From Armatimonadota bacterium (lineage in GTDB: Bacteria; Armatimonadota; UBA5829; DTJY01), in assembly GCA_963663705.1 (NCBI GenBank), contig OY760504.1, positions 1,457,319 to 1,521,318 of the forward strand: DNA of 64,000 nucleotides. Direction: 5' to 3'. The notes under the pieces were generated by a model. The model did no database searches. It was not told the DNA's origin and saw only the letters and a program-made list of their open reading frames with translations. How positions within the stretch are numbered: position 1 is the stretch's first letter; every line of letters starts with the position of its first letter. The translations under genes and the position numbers were made by a program. This document shows positions 40,179 to 50,400 of this stretch, one piece after another.

Positions 40179-41036
40179 CTAATGGTTTTCTAATTGTCTG
40201 CCGTTGAACCCGAACTTGATACCGCGCACGAACTCGAGCAGGTAATCGCGCTCAGGGCTGGGCTCGATATCATTCTCTATGGCCTCAACAGCCTGCGAAA
40301 GATTGAGGCTCGATCGATAGAGCAGTTTGGCCGACTGTCTGAGCTGAGCTCTTACATTGGCGGCAACTCCGTTACGTCTCAACCCAATGACGTTAATGTC
40401 ATATACTTTAGTCGGACGGCCGTCTGCTATCATGAACGGCGGAATATCCTGCACTACCTTAGAGTACCCGCCGACCATGGAGAACTTGCCGATTCGCACG
40501 AACTGATGCACGCCGACCATGCCACCGAAGATAGCTTTATCTTCGACAAGCACATGTCCGCTGATGCCGACATTATTCGCCATCATGATGCTGTTTCCAA
40601 GGGTACAGTTATGGCCGACATGACAGTATGCCATCAGCATGTTGTCATCGCCGATCCGTGTCTCGTTACCTTCGCCGGTAGCCCGGTGGAGGGTAACGTA
40701 TTCGCGGATGATGTTGCGATCACCAACTACCAGAAAACTCCGCTCGCCCTTGTATTTACGATCTTGCGGCCTGCCTCCCAGGATTGCTCCCGAGCAAATG
40801 AGAACGTCTTTTCCTATCGTCGTCCAAGGTTCTATCACCACGTGTGGCTCTATTACAGTGCCATCGCCGATCTTAGTATCAGCGCCTATGACGCTGAACG
40901 CGCCTATCTGTACGCCTGCCCCGATTTCGGCACTGGGATGTACTATCGCCGTTTCATGGATTAACACCTGGTTCAACCCCGATTCGCCGGGCTCATTTTG
41001 CAACGAGAGCCCGCTCTGACTCTGCATGGACTCCAT
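40179..41036 (-). CDS. lpxA: UDP-GlcNAc O-acyltransferase
   Basis: IHETAIVHP, PQDRKY, HVGHNC, VHQF; ATG 41036 after GGAGG (start uncertain). Confidence 0.95.
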   Translation of the reverse strand: MESMQSQSGLSLQNEPGESGLNQVLIHETAIVHPSAEIGAGVQIGAFSVIGADTKIGDGTVIEPHVVIEPWTTIGKDVLICSGAILGGRPQDRKYKGERSFLVVGDRNIIREYVTLHRATGEGNETRIGDDNMLMAYCHVGHNCTLGNSIMMANNVGISGHVLVEDKAIFGGMVGVHQFVRIGKFSMVGGYSKVVQDIPPFMIADGRPTKVYDINVIGLRRNGVAANVRAQLRQSAKLLYRSSLNLSQAVEAIENDIEPSPERDYLLEFVRGIKFGFNGRQLENH

Positions 41037-41493
41037 TTGGTGCCTCCACGGATTCATTTTTGTTATTTCGCTCAACCAGGGCAAATGTAAATTCTCCGGC
41101 AGCGGCTATCTGACCATCCACTCGACCGGTAACTTTCACCTTGCCAACACTGCCCCTCATCTTAAGTAGTTCGATACTGGTGATAAGGGTATCACCGGGA
41201 TATACCGGCTTGCGAAAACGGACATTATCCATTCCGCCGAAATAGGCCAGCTTGCCTTCATTGCCGTTGATGCTCAGCAGCATAACGCCACCAACCTGTG
41301 CCATTGCTTCAAGTATGAGAACCCCAGGCATTACCGCATGTCCGGGAAAATGTCCCTCAAAGAATTCTTCGTTTATTGTAACGTTCTTGAGCCCAACGGC
41401 ACACTTGCCCGGCTCGAGTTCCAGTATCCGATCTACGAGCAGAAACGGGTACCGGTGTGGAAGGACAGAACGAATTTGCTCCACATCCAGCAT
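40993..41493 (-). CDS. fabZ: 3-hydroxyacyl-ACP dehydratase
   Basis: LPHRYPFLLVD, GHFPG..MPGVLILEAMAQ. Confidence 0.97.
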   Translation of the reverse strand: MLDVEQIRSVLPHRYPFLLVDRILELEPGKCAVGLKNVTINEEFFEGHFPGHAVMPGVLILEAMAQVGGVMLLSINGNEGKLAYFGGMDNVRFRKPVYPGDTLITSIELLKMRGSVGKVKVTGRVDGQIAAAGEFTFALVERNNKNESVEAPNGVHAESERALVAK

Positions 41494-41515
41494 AGTATAA
41501 CCTCCTAACTAACAT

Positions 41516-42337
41516 TTAGAATATTCGCAAAATCTTATCTGCGAGTGACGTATTAAGCGTATGACTCGACTTAATAGCGGTGATATCCGCGCAAAGCCTG
41601 CCTCCGATGAGCGAAAGATCGCCAATCAGATCGAGCACTTTGTGACGAACAAACTCGTCGCTGAAGCGCAGCGGGACCGAGTAGCTGTCATCGTATGCTA
41701 CTACAACGTTGTCCATGCTGCCACCCTGGCCCAAGCCCTGGGACAGGATCATATCTATCTCTACGGAAGTGCAGAACGTTCGGGCAGGTGCCACTTCACG
41801 TTTGTAAACTGCAGGATCTATATCAAAACTAACAGCCTGCTCGCCGATCATAGGGTGAGTGAAGGCTATAAATGCAGACACTCTAAAATTATCAGCCGGA
41901 ACCGCCAGCAGGTATTTATCCCCCACGGCAATCCACACGGGATGCGGAAGATGGATAATTCTGGCATTCTCGGATTGCAGCACTATACCAGCGGATTCTA
42001 TCAGCTCAACGAAGGGCAGTGCGCTGCCGTCGCCGATAGGAATCTCGGGGCCAGTGGTCTCTATTCGAGCGTTATCCACCCCGGAGCCTGCGAGCGCGGA
42101 CAGCAGGTGTTCAACAGTGTTTATCTCTGCATCGCCGTTCGCGAGATTCGTGCCCCTTCGGGTATCGTGCACATACTTCGCGCTGGCCGGTATCTGCCCT
42201 CGCTCCGTGACGAATACCACGCCTGAATTCGGGTCTGCAGGGTGAATCGTAATGGAGCTATCTTTACCTGTATGCAAACCGCGACCTAACATGGTTGCGC
42301 TGGTTTTCAAAGTAGCCTGACGTTGTATATCTGTCAT
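41516..42337 (-). CDS. lpxC: UDP-3-O-acyl-GlcNAc deacetylase
   Basis: [29 protein letters not shown]. Confidence 0.96.
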   Translation of the reverse strand: MTDIQRQATLKTSATMLGRGLHTGKDSSITIHPADPNSGVVFVTERGQIPASAKYVHDTRRGTNLANGDAEINTVEHLLSALAGSGVDNARIETTGPEIPIGDGSALPFVELIESAGIVLQSENARIIHLPHPVWIAVGDKYLLAVPADNFRVSAFIAFTHPMIGEQAVSFDIDPAVYKREVAPARTFCTSVEIDMILSQGLGQGGSMDNVVVAYDDSYSVPLRFSDEFVRHKVLDLIGDLSLIGGRLCADITAIKSSHTLNTSLADKILRIF

Positions 42338-43362
42338 TCGGGCTTATCTTCCAATTCTTTAACTCGCCGCTCCAGATCCCGCACCAACCGCAGCAAGCCG
42401 GGAAGTTTGGTCTGTGCAGCGTAGAGCCTCATCTGCTCACGGTGAGGTCTGGCGGGATATCCGGATAGGAATTCGCCTGCCGCGACGTCACCGATTACTC
42501 CGGCATTGGCGCAGAGTATGGCGTTGTCTCCGACTTTGACGTGATCTTTGACGCCTGCCTGGCCTGCCATGATAACGTTGTTGCCGATTTCCGTGCTGCC
42601 TGCGATGCCTGCCTGAGCGATAATTATGCAGTTTTCTCCGATGGTTACGTTGTGGGCAATGTGGACAAGATTGTCTATCTTCGTGCCTCTGCCGATCTCG
42701 GTTTTACCGGTACGCGCCCTGTCGATCGTGACGTTGGCGCCGATTTCGACATTGTCACCGATTATTACTTTGCCGATCTGCGGAATTTTGTACTGCTCGC
42801 TACCGACCCTTATGTAACCGAATCCGTCCGAACCTATCACGCTGCCGCTGTGAATGATCGACTTATTGCCGATTTCAACGGTATCGTGGATGGTACAAAA
42901 TGGGTAGATGGTACAGTTATCGCCAATGCTGACGTTATCATCGATGTATACGGATGGGTAGATCACTACATCGTTCCCGATGGTTGTGTTCCGTCCGATG
43001 TATACGTGGCTTCCTATGGATGGGTTCTCGCCGATTGTGGTGCCTTCACCGACGATACAGGTGGGGTGTACGCCAGGCTCGTGGATTTTGCTCGGGGCAA
43101 AGATCTCAAGCGTGCGGGCGAACGCATATCTTGGGTTATCAACTCGAATTACGGGTTTCTCGGAGATGTCTGCATTCTTATGAACTATGATGGCTGTTGC
43201 CTGAGATTTACGGGCCTCTGCAAGAAGCCTGGGCGTCTCTGCGAAAACTATATCACCGGATGCAGCGTCAGATATATCGGCTGCGCCCGAAATACATACA
43301 CCGGAATCTCCGGATACTTCACCACCGATTAGATCGGCCAGTTCTCTTAAAGTTTTATTCAT
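42334..43362 (-). CDS. lpxD: UDP-3-O-acylglucosamine N-acyltransferase
   Basis: [28 protein letters not shown]. Confidence 0.97.
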   Translation of the reverse strand: MNKTLRELADLIGGEVSGDSGVCISGAADISDAASGDIVFAETPRLLAEARKSQATAIIVHKNADISEKPVIRVDNPRYAFARTLEIFAPSKIHEPGVHPTCIVGEGTTIGENPSIGSHVYIGRNTTIGNDVVIYPSVYIDDNVSIGDNCTIYPFCTIHDTVEIGNKSIIHSGSVIGSDGFGYIRVGSEQYKIPQIGKVIIGDNVEIGANVTIDRARTGKTEIGRGTKIDNLVHIAHNVTIGENCIIIAQAGIAGSTEIGNNVIMAGQAGVKDHVKVGDNAILCANAGVIGDVAAGEFLSGYPARPHREQMRLYAAQTKLPGLLRLVRDLERRVKELEDKPE

Positions 43363-43453
43363 TGTTTCACCGTAGGAAAACCCGATGCCGATTCACGGCT
43401 AATTACTCAACCGCCGCCCGTTGCCATGCGGTCAGGCGGAGGGTTTACCACCT

Positions 43454-44059
43454 TCATTTTTTGAGAGAGTCAAGCTCAGACTGACACGCATCATCGATGG
43501 ATTTTAAGTCAGCCCTTAACTGCCCTAATTGTTTGTTCAATTTATCACGAACTGACCCGCTGGACGATTCATATCTCGATTCCAGCAACTGAATCCGCAG
43601 ACGACAATTGAGCGTAGAATCTGAATACTTGCGCTGTATGGCCATCTCTTCGGCAGATACCGCATGAAATGAATCGGCGTCTTTAACAACAACAGGCTGG
43701 GATCGCGGCTTACCAACAGGATTCCGCCGACGGGCAGAGGTCATGCCTGTATGATATGCTTCCCAACCTGATCGCGTGCCGCAAATCCTTCCGGCAATCT
43801 CATCTGAGACTCCGGCGTGGTTAACGGTTAGCCCGATCTTGCGCACTTTCTTAATGCCGTTTTGCGGCAGCATATTCGGGACTGAGTGCTGAGATTCAAG
43901 TGCCGGCGCCCGCATTCGGTTCCGATCACTTATCCCAAACACGTGAGGGCCCTGCATATCCTTCATAGGAATAAATGCAGAGTCGCTCTGTTTGTTGCAT
44001 CCCGATATACATATGGCAAGGATGCTCGCCAATAAGACGAGCATCGCCATTTTACACAT
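43454..44059 (-). CDS. Hypothetical lipoprotein
   Basis: Lipobox ISGC, C-terminal coiled coil. Confidence 0.65.
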   Translation of the reverse strand: MCKMAMLVLLASILAICISGCNKQSDSAFIPMKDMQGPHVFGISDRNRMRAPALESQHSVPNMLPQNGIKKVRKIGLTVNHAGVSDEIAGRICGTRSGWEAYHTGMTSARRRNPVGKPRSQPVVVKDADSFHAVSAEEMAIQRKYSDSTLNCRLRIQLLESRYESSSGSVRDKLNKQLGQLRADLKSIDDACQSELDSLKK

Positions 44060-44063
44060 AATA

Positions 44064-44723
44064 TTACTTCTTGTTTAACTTTGTTATTACTTCGTCAGTA
44101 AGATCTACGCTTGAGTAAACTATCAGTCCAAGTTCGCCATATGACTTATTGAACACAACGTTCAAACCCTTGTCCTTGGCCATGGAAGCGACTACAGTTT
44201 CGATTTCCTGCATTATCAGCTTGCTCATATCCATGCGCTTCTTCGCAAAGTCGGCTTCATACTTGTCCTGGTCAGCCTTCAGAAGCTCGTCGGTTTTGAG
44301 ACTGCGCGCCTGAAGTTCGCTCAACCGGGCCTTTTCGGCGTCGGTCGCGTTCTGTTTCTGCTGAAGCCCCTGGAATTCGACTTCAAGCTGCTTTGACTGA
44401 TCAAGCAGTTCAGCGATCTTCTTCTTTTCGGCGTCAGTCGCATCTGCTTTGGTTACCAGCTCCACAAACAGATTGGAATCATCTGCAGTGAGCAGTCTGT
44501 TGCCTTTTCTAGCATCAAGTTTGAGCTTGAGCTTATCTGCAAAAGCGATCAGTTCCTGATCAAGTGCCTTCTTCTTGTTATATTCATTAAAGGTTTTCTC
44601 AACGTCTATGGTACCGAAGTTTCCTGTCTTTGTGTCTGCTGCAATCGCAGTGGTTCCAATCAGTGTGCTAAGAACCAGACCCAAAACCGAGACGGCAATT
44701 ATTCCTCTTAATTTTGACATCAA
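44064..44723 (-). CDS. skp: OmpH/Skp-family chaperone
   Basis: Signal peptide, GTIDVEKTF, coiled coil, AKDKGLNVVF, DLTDEVI; next to bamA. Confidence 0.85.
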   Translation of the reverse strand: MMSKLRGIIAVSVLGLVLSTLIGTTAIAADTKTGNFGTIDVEKTFNEYNKKKALDQELIAFADKLKLKLDARKGNRLLTADDSNLFVELVTKADATDAEKKKIAELLDQSKQLEVEFQGLQQKQNATDAEKARLSELQARSLKTDELLKADQDKYEADFAKKRMDMSKLIMQEIETVVASMAKDKGLNVVFNKSYGELGLIVYSSVDLTDEVITKLNKK

Positions 44724-44791
44724 CTGTGAATCTCCTTTTCTCGGCGTTTACGCCGGGACGCAGGTATAGACTCAACCATACCTAACGCTAG

Positions 44792-44820
44792 ATTATACCA
44801 GATCAAATGCTGCAGGGCAA
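44792..44820 (-). promoter_or_regulatory. sigma70 promoter upstream of skp
   Basis: TTGCCC-17-TATAAT on - strand. Confidence 0.55.
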
Positions 44821-44827
44821 GCCGGTG

Positions 44828-46639
44828 TCAGAACACGTGCCCGATGCTGAAGTGCGCACGTGAGCCTTCATGACTGAACCCGTAGTCCAGACGAAGTGGA
44901 CCTATCGGTGTGCTGACCCTGATACCAAGGCCATATCCTATCTGAGGCTCAAAGTCCGAATGCTGAGCCAGATCAGGGAAAATCAGGTTGCCGCTAGTAT
45001 CCTTTGGATTAAGAAGCTCAACCGGGCTTGCACCCCATGCATCGCCTGCATCTACAAATGCAACGCCGGTAAGACTGGATCCGAAAGGCTGCCTGTACTC
45101 TACGCTGCCGAGAACCATATTGCGGCCCCAGAATCTATCCTCTTTGTAACCTCGAAGAGTTTCAGCACCACCAAGGAAGTACTGTTCGAAGAACGGCACG
45201 TTCCCCGCGAGTGTGCCTCCGGTGAATCTTGCTGCCAGTACAGGACGGTGCTCGTTTATATCCTTGCGCGGCCCTCCTCTGCTGAAGTAGTGTCGAAGGT
45301 CTGCACTCACTTTTGTGAAAAGATCTCTGCCGAAAGATGCAGTATTCGCTTGTCCACCCTCCAGTGACAGGGAATTATATGTACCGCTAACCGGATCGAT
45401 TTCCGAATCCCTGTTGGAGCTGGTATATCGCAGAGTGCCACTGGAAACGGTGGCATGCTCAGTTAAGATCGATGGAATCGATGTCGAAAGGCTTGGTGTA
45501 ACGGATTCGCTGCGTGCTGTGAAAAAGCCTCGACTTGTACTATTTAACGGTCGGCTCAGTGTAACGCTGCCACCGCGACGTCTTTCATCGTAAGTTGAGG
45601 TGGTGTTGGTCGTTGTGCCAAGCGCCTCATTGCCGAATCTGAATACCAGTTTGTCGTAAAGGTTAACACCAAGTGATGTATGTTTAGTGTCAAGCCATGG
45701 CTCGAAGAAACCCAGCTCCAGGCTGGAACCGTTAGTAGCGCTTTGCTCCCATAGCATATTGATGGTTTGCGCCTTGCCCTGGAAGTTGGTTTCGGCCATT
45801 TTTGCCTGACCTACCAGTTTGTTCTGTGTGCTGTATCCAACACCAACCGATACCTCTCCGGTCTTTCGCTCTTTCACCGGAATCGTAACGGTAACCTTGC
45901 CTGGGTCAGATGGGACTGCTTCCAGTCGATACGGCTCAGCAGCCTCACGATCGAAAATGTCCAGATCGTATATGCGTCGAAGGTCGCTAAACAGAGCATT
46001 GCGGTTGAAGACATCCCCGGGCTTCACAGTCATCTCTCTAAGGATCACATATGTGCGGGTTTTCTCGTTACCGACGATTTTGATTTCCGCTATTCTGATC
46101 TCTTGGATCGGGATGGACAGCACACCCGTCTTCGGGTCAATCCCAACTTGCTCGGTTACGTAGGCAATGTAGCCCTGTTCGCCGTAGTATCCTTCTATTG
46201 CAGGAATATCCTTTTGCAGCAAAGTGTTCATATTCAGAACGCCACCGATAGGCGTGAGCATCAGACTGCGGATCTTTTCTGTAGTTACAACCGTATTTCC
46301 GGTTATATTTATTTCCTTAACTACCGGGTTCTCCACTACATTGAATACAACTCTTACGCCGGAATCCATGGATTCCGTGCCCACAACAACACGCTCGAAA
46401 TACCCTAGTGACTGGATGGCTTTTTGTGCCTGCTGCACCGACTGATCGGTAAAAGGCATCCCGGGTTTGAGAGCAATAGCCGCCAGTATAGCATCGTTGG
46501 TGATGTGCTCATTACCGACTATTTTGATCTCGGAGACTTGCTTGGTTTGGGCAACCGCAATCCCGGGAACCAGGATCAGCGCTGCAAGTACCAGGGCCAG
46601 GAATCTGAATGCATTGTTACCCCTTATAGCCAAAGACAT
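44828..46639 (-). CDS. bamA: BamA/Omp85 (three POTRA domains)
   Basis: Three I.I.GN POTRA starts, LGGAETLRGY, TPIGPLRLDYG, terminal F. Confidence 0.92.
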   Translation of the reverse strand: MSLAIRGNNAFRFLALVLAALILVPGIAVAQTKQVSEIKIVGNEHITNDAILAAIALKPGMPFTDQSVQQAQKAIQSLGYFERVVVGTESMDSGVRVVFNVVENPVVKEINITGNTVVTTEKIRSLMLTPIGGVLNMNTLLQKDIPAIEGYYGEQGYIAYVTEQVGIDPKTGVLSIPIQEIRIAEIKIVGNEKTRTYVILREMTVKPGDVFNRNALFSDLRRIYDLDIFDREAAEPYRLEAVPSDPGKVTVTIPVKERKTGEVSVGVGYSTQNKLVGQAKMAETNFQGKAQTINMLWEQSATNGSSLELGFFEPWLDTKHTSLGVNLYDKLVFRFGNEALGTTTNTTSTYDERRRGGSVTLSRPLNSTSRGFFTARSESVTPSLSTSIPSILTEHATVSSGTLRYTSSNRDSEIDPVSGTYNSLSLEGGQANTASFGRDLFTKVSADLRHYFSRGGPRKDINEHRPVLAARFTGGTLAGNVPFFEQYFLGGAETLRGYKEDRFWGRNMVLGSVEYRQPFGSSLTGVAFVDAGDAWGASPVELLNPKDTSGNLIFPDLAQHSDFEPQIGYGLGIRVSTPIGPLRLDYGFSHEGSRAHFSIGHVF

Positions 46640-46717
46640 AATTTCTAACTACCTTCCTTTCATATGACAGCGGAATGTCTGCATATGATGTGTATTGAAT
46701 CTGCATGATTGCATGGT

Positions 46718-47272
46718 CTATCCCGATATGTAACCGGATAACCGCCTGCGTAGTATCGTTCGGCCTCTAAACAGCCTTACTTTCACCGTATCCAACGGCA
46801 CACCGGTGACTTCGGATATTTCGCCATAAGAAAGCCCCTGCATATCGCGCAGGATAACCACAACTCGAAACTCGGGAGGCAGATTCATAATGGCCTCCTG
46901 AATCTTGCCCTCCAATTCTACCGCCTCGAATATACTCGCAGGATTGGAGGATTCATCACCGATCTCTAGACCTGCGCTTGAATCTTCGGGACACAATGGA
47001 TCATCTAACGACAGTATCTCGTATTGGCCCCTGCGAGCCATCTCTCTGAACCTGTTCTTGCACCCGTTAACTGCAATCCGGCAAAGCCACGGATATATCG
47101 CATCAGACGACCCACGAAACCTTGTGTATGCCTTGTACGCACTGACAAAAGTCTCCTGCGAAAGGTCTGCTGCCTCGTCGGGATTACCAAGTAACCGGTA
47201 AGCAAGGTTATATATCTTCTTTTGAAACAGTTTAAGCACTGATTCAAAATCAGGGTTGTTGCCAGACGTCAT
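46718..47272 (-). CDS. ECF RNA polymerase sigma factor
   Basis: DEAADLSQETF, WLCRIAVN, LPPEFR..LRDMQGLSYGEI..TVKVRLFRGR. Confidence 0.92.
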   Translation of the reverse strand: MTSGNNPDFESVLKLFQKKIYNLAYRLLGNPDEAADLSQETFVSAYKAYTRFRGSSDAIYPWLCRIAVNGCKNRFREMARRGQYEILSLDDPLCPEDSSAGLEIGDESSNPASIFEAVELEGKIQEAIMNLPPEFRVVVILRDMQGLSYGEISEVTGVPLDTVKVRLFRGRTILRRRLSGYISG

Positions 47273-47487
47273 GATGGTCGCCGCCCACTCGTCCTAGAAT
47301 CATTTGAGTTAATTCATGAAAGAGGGCTGACTCAGTTTGCGTCCAACCCTGATGTCAGACGCTCGCATGAAACTCGACCTTCGAGTCCTTGCTCCTCATA
47401 ACATATTATACTATTAAGGCATACTTGGGCAACTACTAATCGCACATATACGCCTACATTAAGCGTTAACTTAGATATATTTGTAGA

Positions 47488-50400
47488 TTAAAATCTTAAT
47501 TTACCTTCGAGATCGACTTTTATGGCGTGTTGATCATCCAAAATAGCACCGATATCCAGACTGTCCGAAAGCCTGTGAGACAGCTTCAATTCATACAGGC
47601 TGTCTATATAATCCGGCCTTTGTCCAAGGAATGATGAGTAGCTTAGATAGAATCCATCCCATAGCTTATTACCGACCGTCACCTGCAGAGGTCCGTTATA
47701 CATAGCAGCCAGGCCAAACTCTTGTATTCCAAATATATCCTGGACGGCTTTTTCAATTGGATTGAATACCCCGGGGGCAACCACCGCCGTGAAGAGCCCT
47801 CCGATCTCCGTGCCGAAATCCTGCGTCCCTGTGGGCACCAGTATCTGCTCAAGCTGGCCCTGTCCGGTTAATAGTGCAACTATGCGCGACTCCGACATTC
47901 CGGCGGGCGATGAGCTGAACGATGGGTCAAGATTATCCAGCGGCCCCTTCGCTACCATGCCGATTGTATATCGTTTCTGCTGGCGTAAATTGGATAATGC
48001 GGTTATATAACCTTGCGCCTGCATATCAACGTATACCGGTGATTGCTGAAGCGATGGAAAATGCAATGACATACGGCTGCCAGGGAGTATCTTAAGCTGA
48101 GACATCGGGAAGATTATCATCCCATCACTTATATCAACGGACCCATCAACCTTTGGTTTGCTCAGTGAACCTACCAGCGAAAGATTCCCAAAAACCGGAG
48201 CCTTCACCTGGGCTGACTTGAATTGAACATTCTTGTCCATAAGCACGTCAAGTTTGAAACTTGGATCAACGCTGATTCGGGTCGGCGCACTTGGCTGCAC
48301 GGCCTTTCCTGTAAGCGCTACCAATCCATCCGGTATATGTACGATACCGGCAATCAGCGGAGTTCGCAAATCTCCGGAGACCTTCACATCGCTAGTGAAC
48401 CTGGCATTAATATCCTCGCCATAAGTATTGCTGATATTCCGGCCGGATATCGCCAGTTTGTCTGTCACTACAGACAGGTTCAGCGCCGGTTTCATCCCCG
48501 CAAATGCTATATCACCGCTAACCCCAAAGCTGCCGCCGTCAGACGATATCCCGGATATCTTATCGATAGTAAGCTTATTGCCATCCAGCAAAATCTTTGC
48601 GTTGATCTTCTCAAACGCCGAATTGACCCGTGGAAAGCGGATGCGGCCATCTTGCCAGGAGAGCCCTCCTTCGAGCCTCGGTGAGTTTATGGTCCCACTC
48701 AAACCAATCGATCCGTTGAATACGCCATCCGGCCCGGTTTCAGCCGAAACATCGCTTAAACTGGAAATGAGCGTCAAACTGCTACTGTCAAGGTTCGAAT
48801 GCAACAGCACATCGCCGTCACCGGGAATATTAAAGCTCTTCCAGTCTACAGGCAGATAGCCGGTTGCCTTGAAACTATGATTGCCGAGAACGAACATCAG
48901 GTCGTCTATGTTCAACCGGCCCGAAGATTTGGCAGACGAAGCGGATTCAGTTTTATCCGACGACAGCCTGCACCGAATACGGTCAAGCTTCAGACCACCA
49001 TACGTTGGATCAACCGCTTCTGCATAAATCTCTGTGTTAGGCGCAGCAGTATTACCGCTTGCTAATAGTGTTACGTCAACCCGGCCCGAAAAGTTATCAG
49101 GAAATTTGAACCATTGATTCAGAGCAGCCATTGGGAGGTTATGCGCATCGAGTTTCACATCCAGAACATCCGCCGGTCCGACTGTGCCTGAGGCCGCTAT
49201 GTTGGTATCACCATCCAGCGCCTGGAAGTTTTGCAGACGGATTATTCCGTCTTTCCAGCACCCCTCCATGCTCATGGAATTAACCGTAGTAGCACCGCAA
49301 GTAAAATTATCGACCGCCGCCTTTACGTACAGGTTCGGCGATATGCCGGTATCCAGGAGCTTGATTGTCCCGGATACGTCCAGGTCAACGCTCCCCTTCA
49401 GCGGCTTTGCCATGCGATCGAATAAACGCCGGATACTCGAATCAGCGCTATCGACCCGCTGAACTTTCGGGCTGAAATCGACCAGCGTGAAGAGTTTTGC
49501 CAGGTCGCCGGATCGAACCTGCGCATCGATCGCGATGTTCTTAGAAGTGAGATCGTACGACGCGCTGGGGATCGAATACCGGGATTTGGCGTCAGAGAGA
49601 TTCAGCCCTGACACAGATACCAGTGTTTGCCCGATGGATACTTTTCCAATCAGACTGTTGAACTTCTGGCCATTGAAGGCGAGATCATGACAATCGACCG
49701 CAAGTTCTGCATGCGGTTTCTGCATCGTGCCGGTGATATCACCGGAAAAATCAACATCGCCGGAACACATGGCGTATGACTGCATCAAATCTGAAAATTT
49801 GGATAATTGAATATGGCTTGCAGAGAAGTGCCCGTCGATCTGACCATTTTGTGGGATCCGGCCGCTCATAGTCAGTAACGTATCCCCAGATCTGGCTTCC
49901 AGGCCTTCTATGCGTAACGACTTACCAATGTATCCTACCTTTGCAGAAAGCTTATCCAGCGCCAGTCCACGATACGCTCCTCCGTCCACACGTAGAGTTC
50001 CCGCGCCTACAGGATTTACGGTCGTGCCGGATACCCTCAATTCGCCGGATAGACGGCCTCCGGTCAGTTTCTGCTTGGTAAAAAGACGTGCAATTCTATC
50101 TATATTCAGCGAGTCGGCCTTCACGGATAGATTTAGCGCCGGCACCTTTGCAAGAGGATTATTTACCCTGCCGGATACAACCAGTTTGCCAAGACGATCA
50201 TAAACGGTCAGATCATGCAGATATACAAGCTTTCGACTGGCAAGAAGGTCGCAGCTGATCCGCTCGATCTTCTTGTCGGCAACAGACAGCTTGTATCCCT
50301 CTATACTTCCATCAAAGACCGGCGACGCTGTGGTTCCGCCGATATCGCCAGAGAACTGAGCGCTGCCGGAGATATCTTTGCGCCCCAACATACCGCTCGC

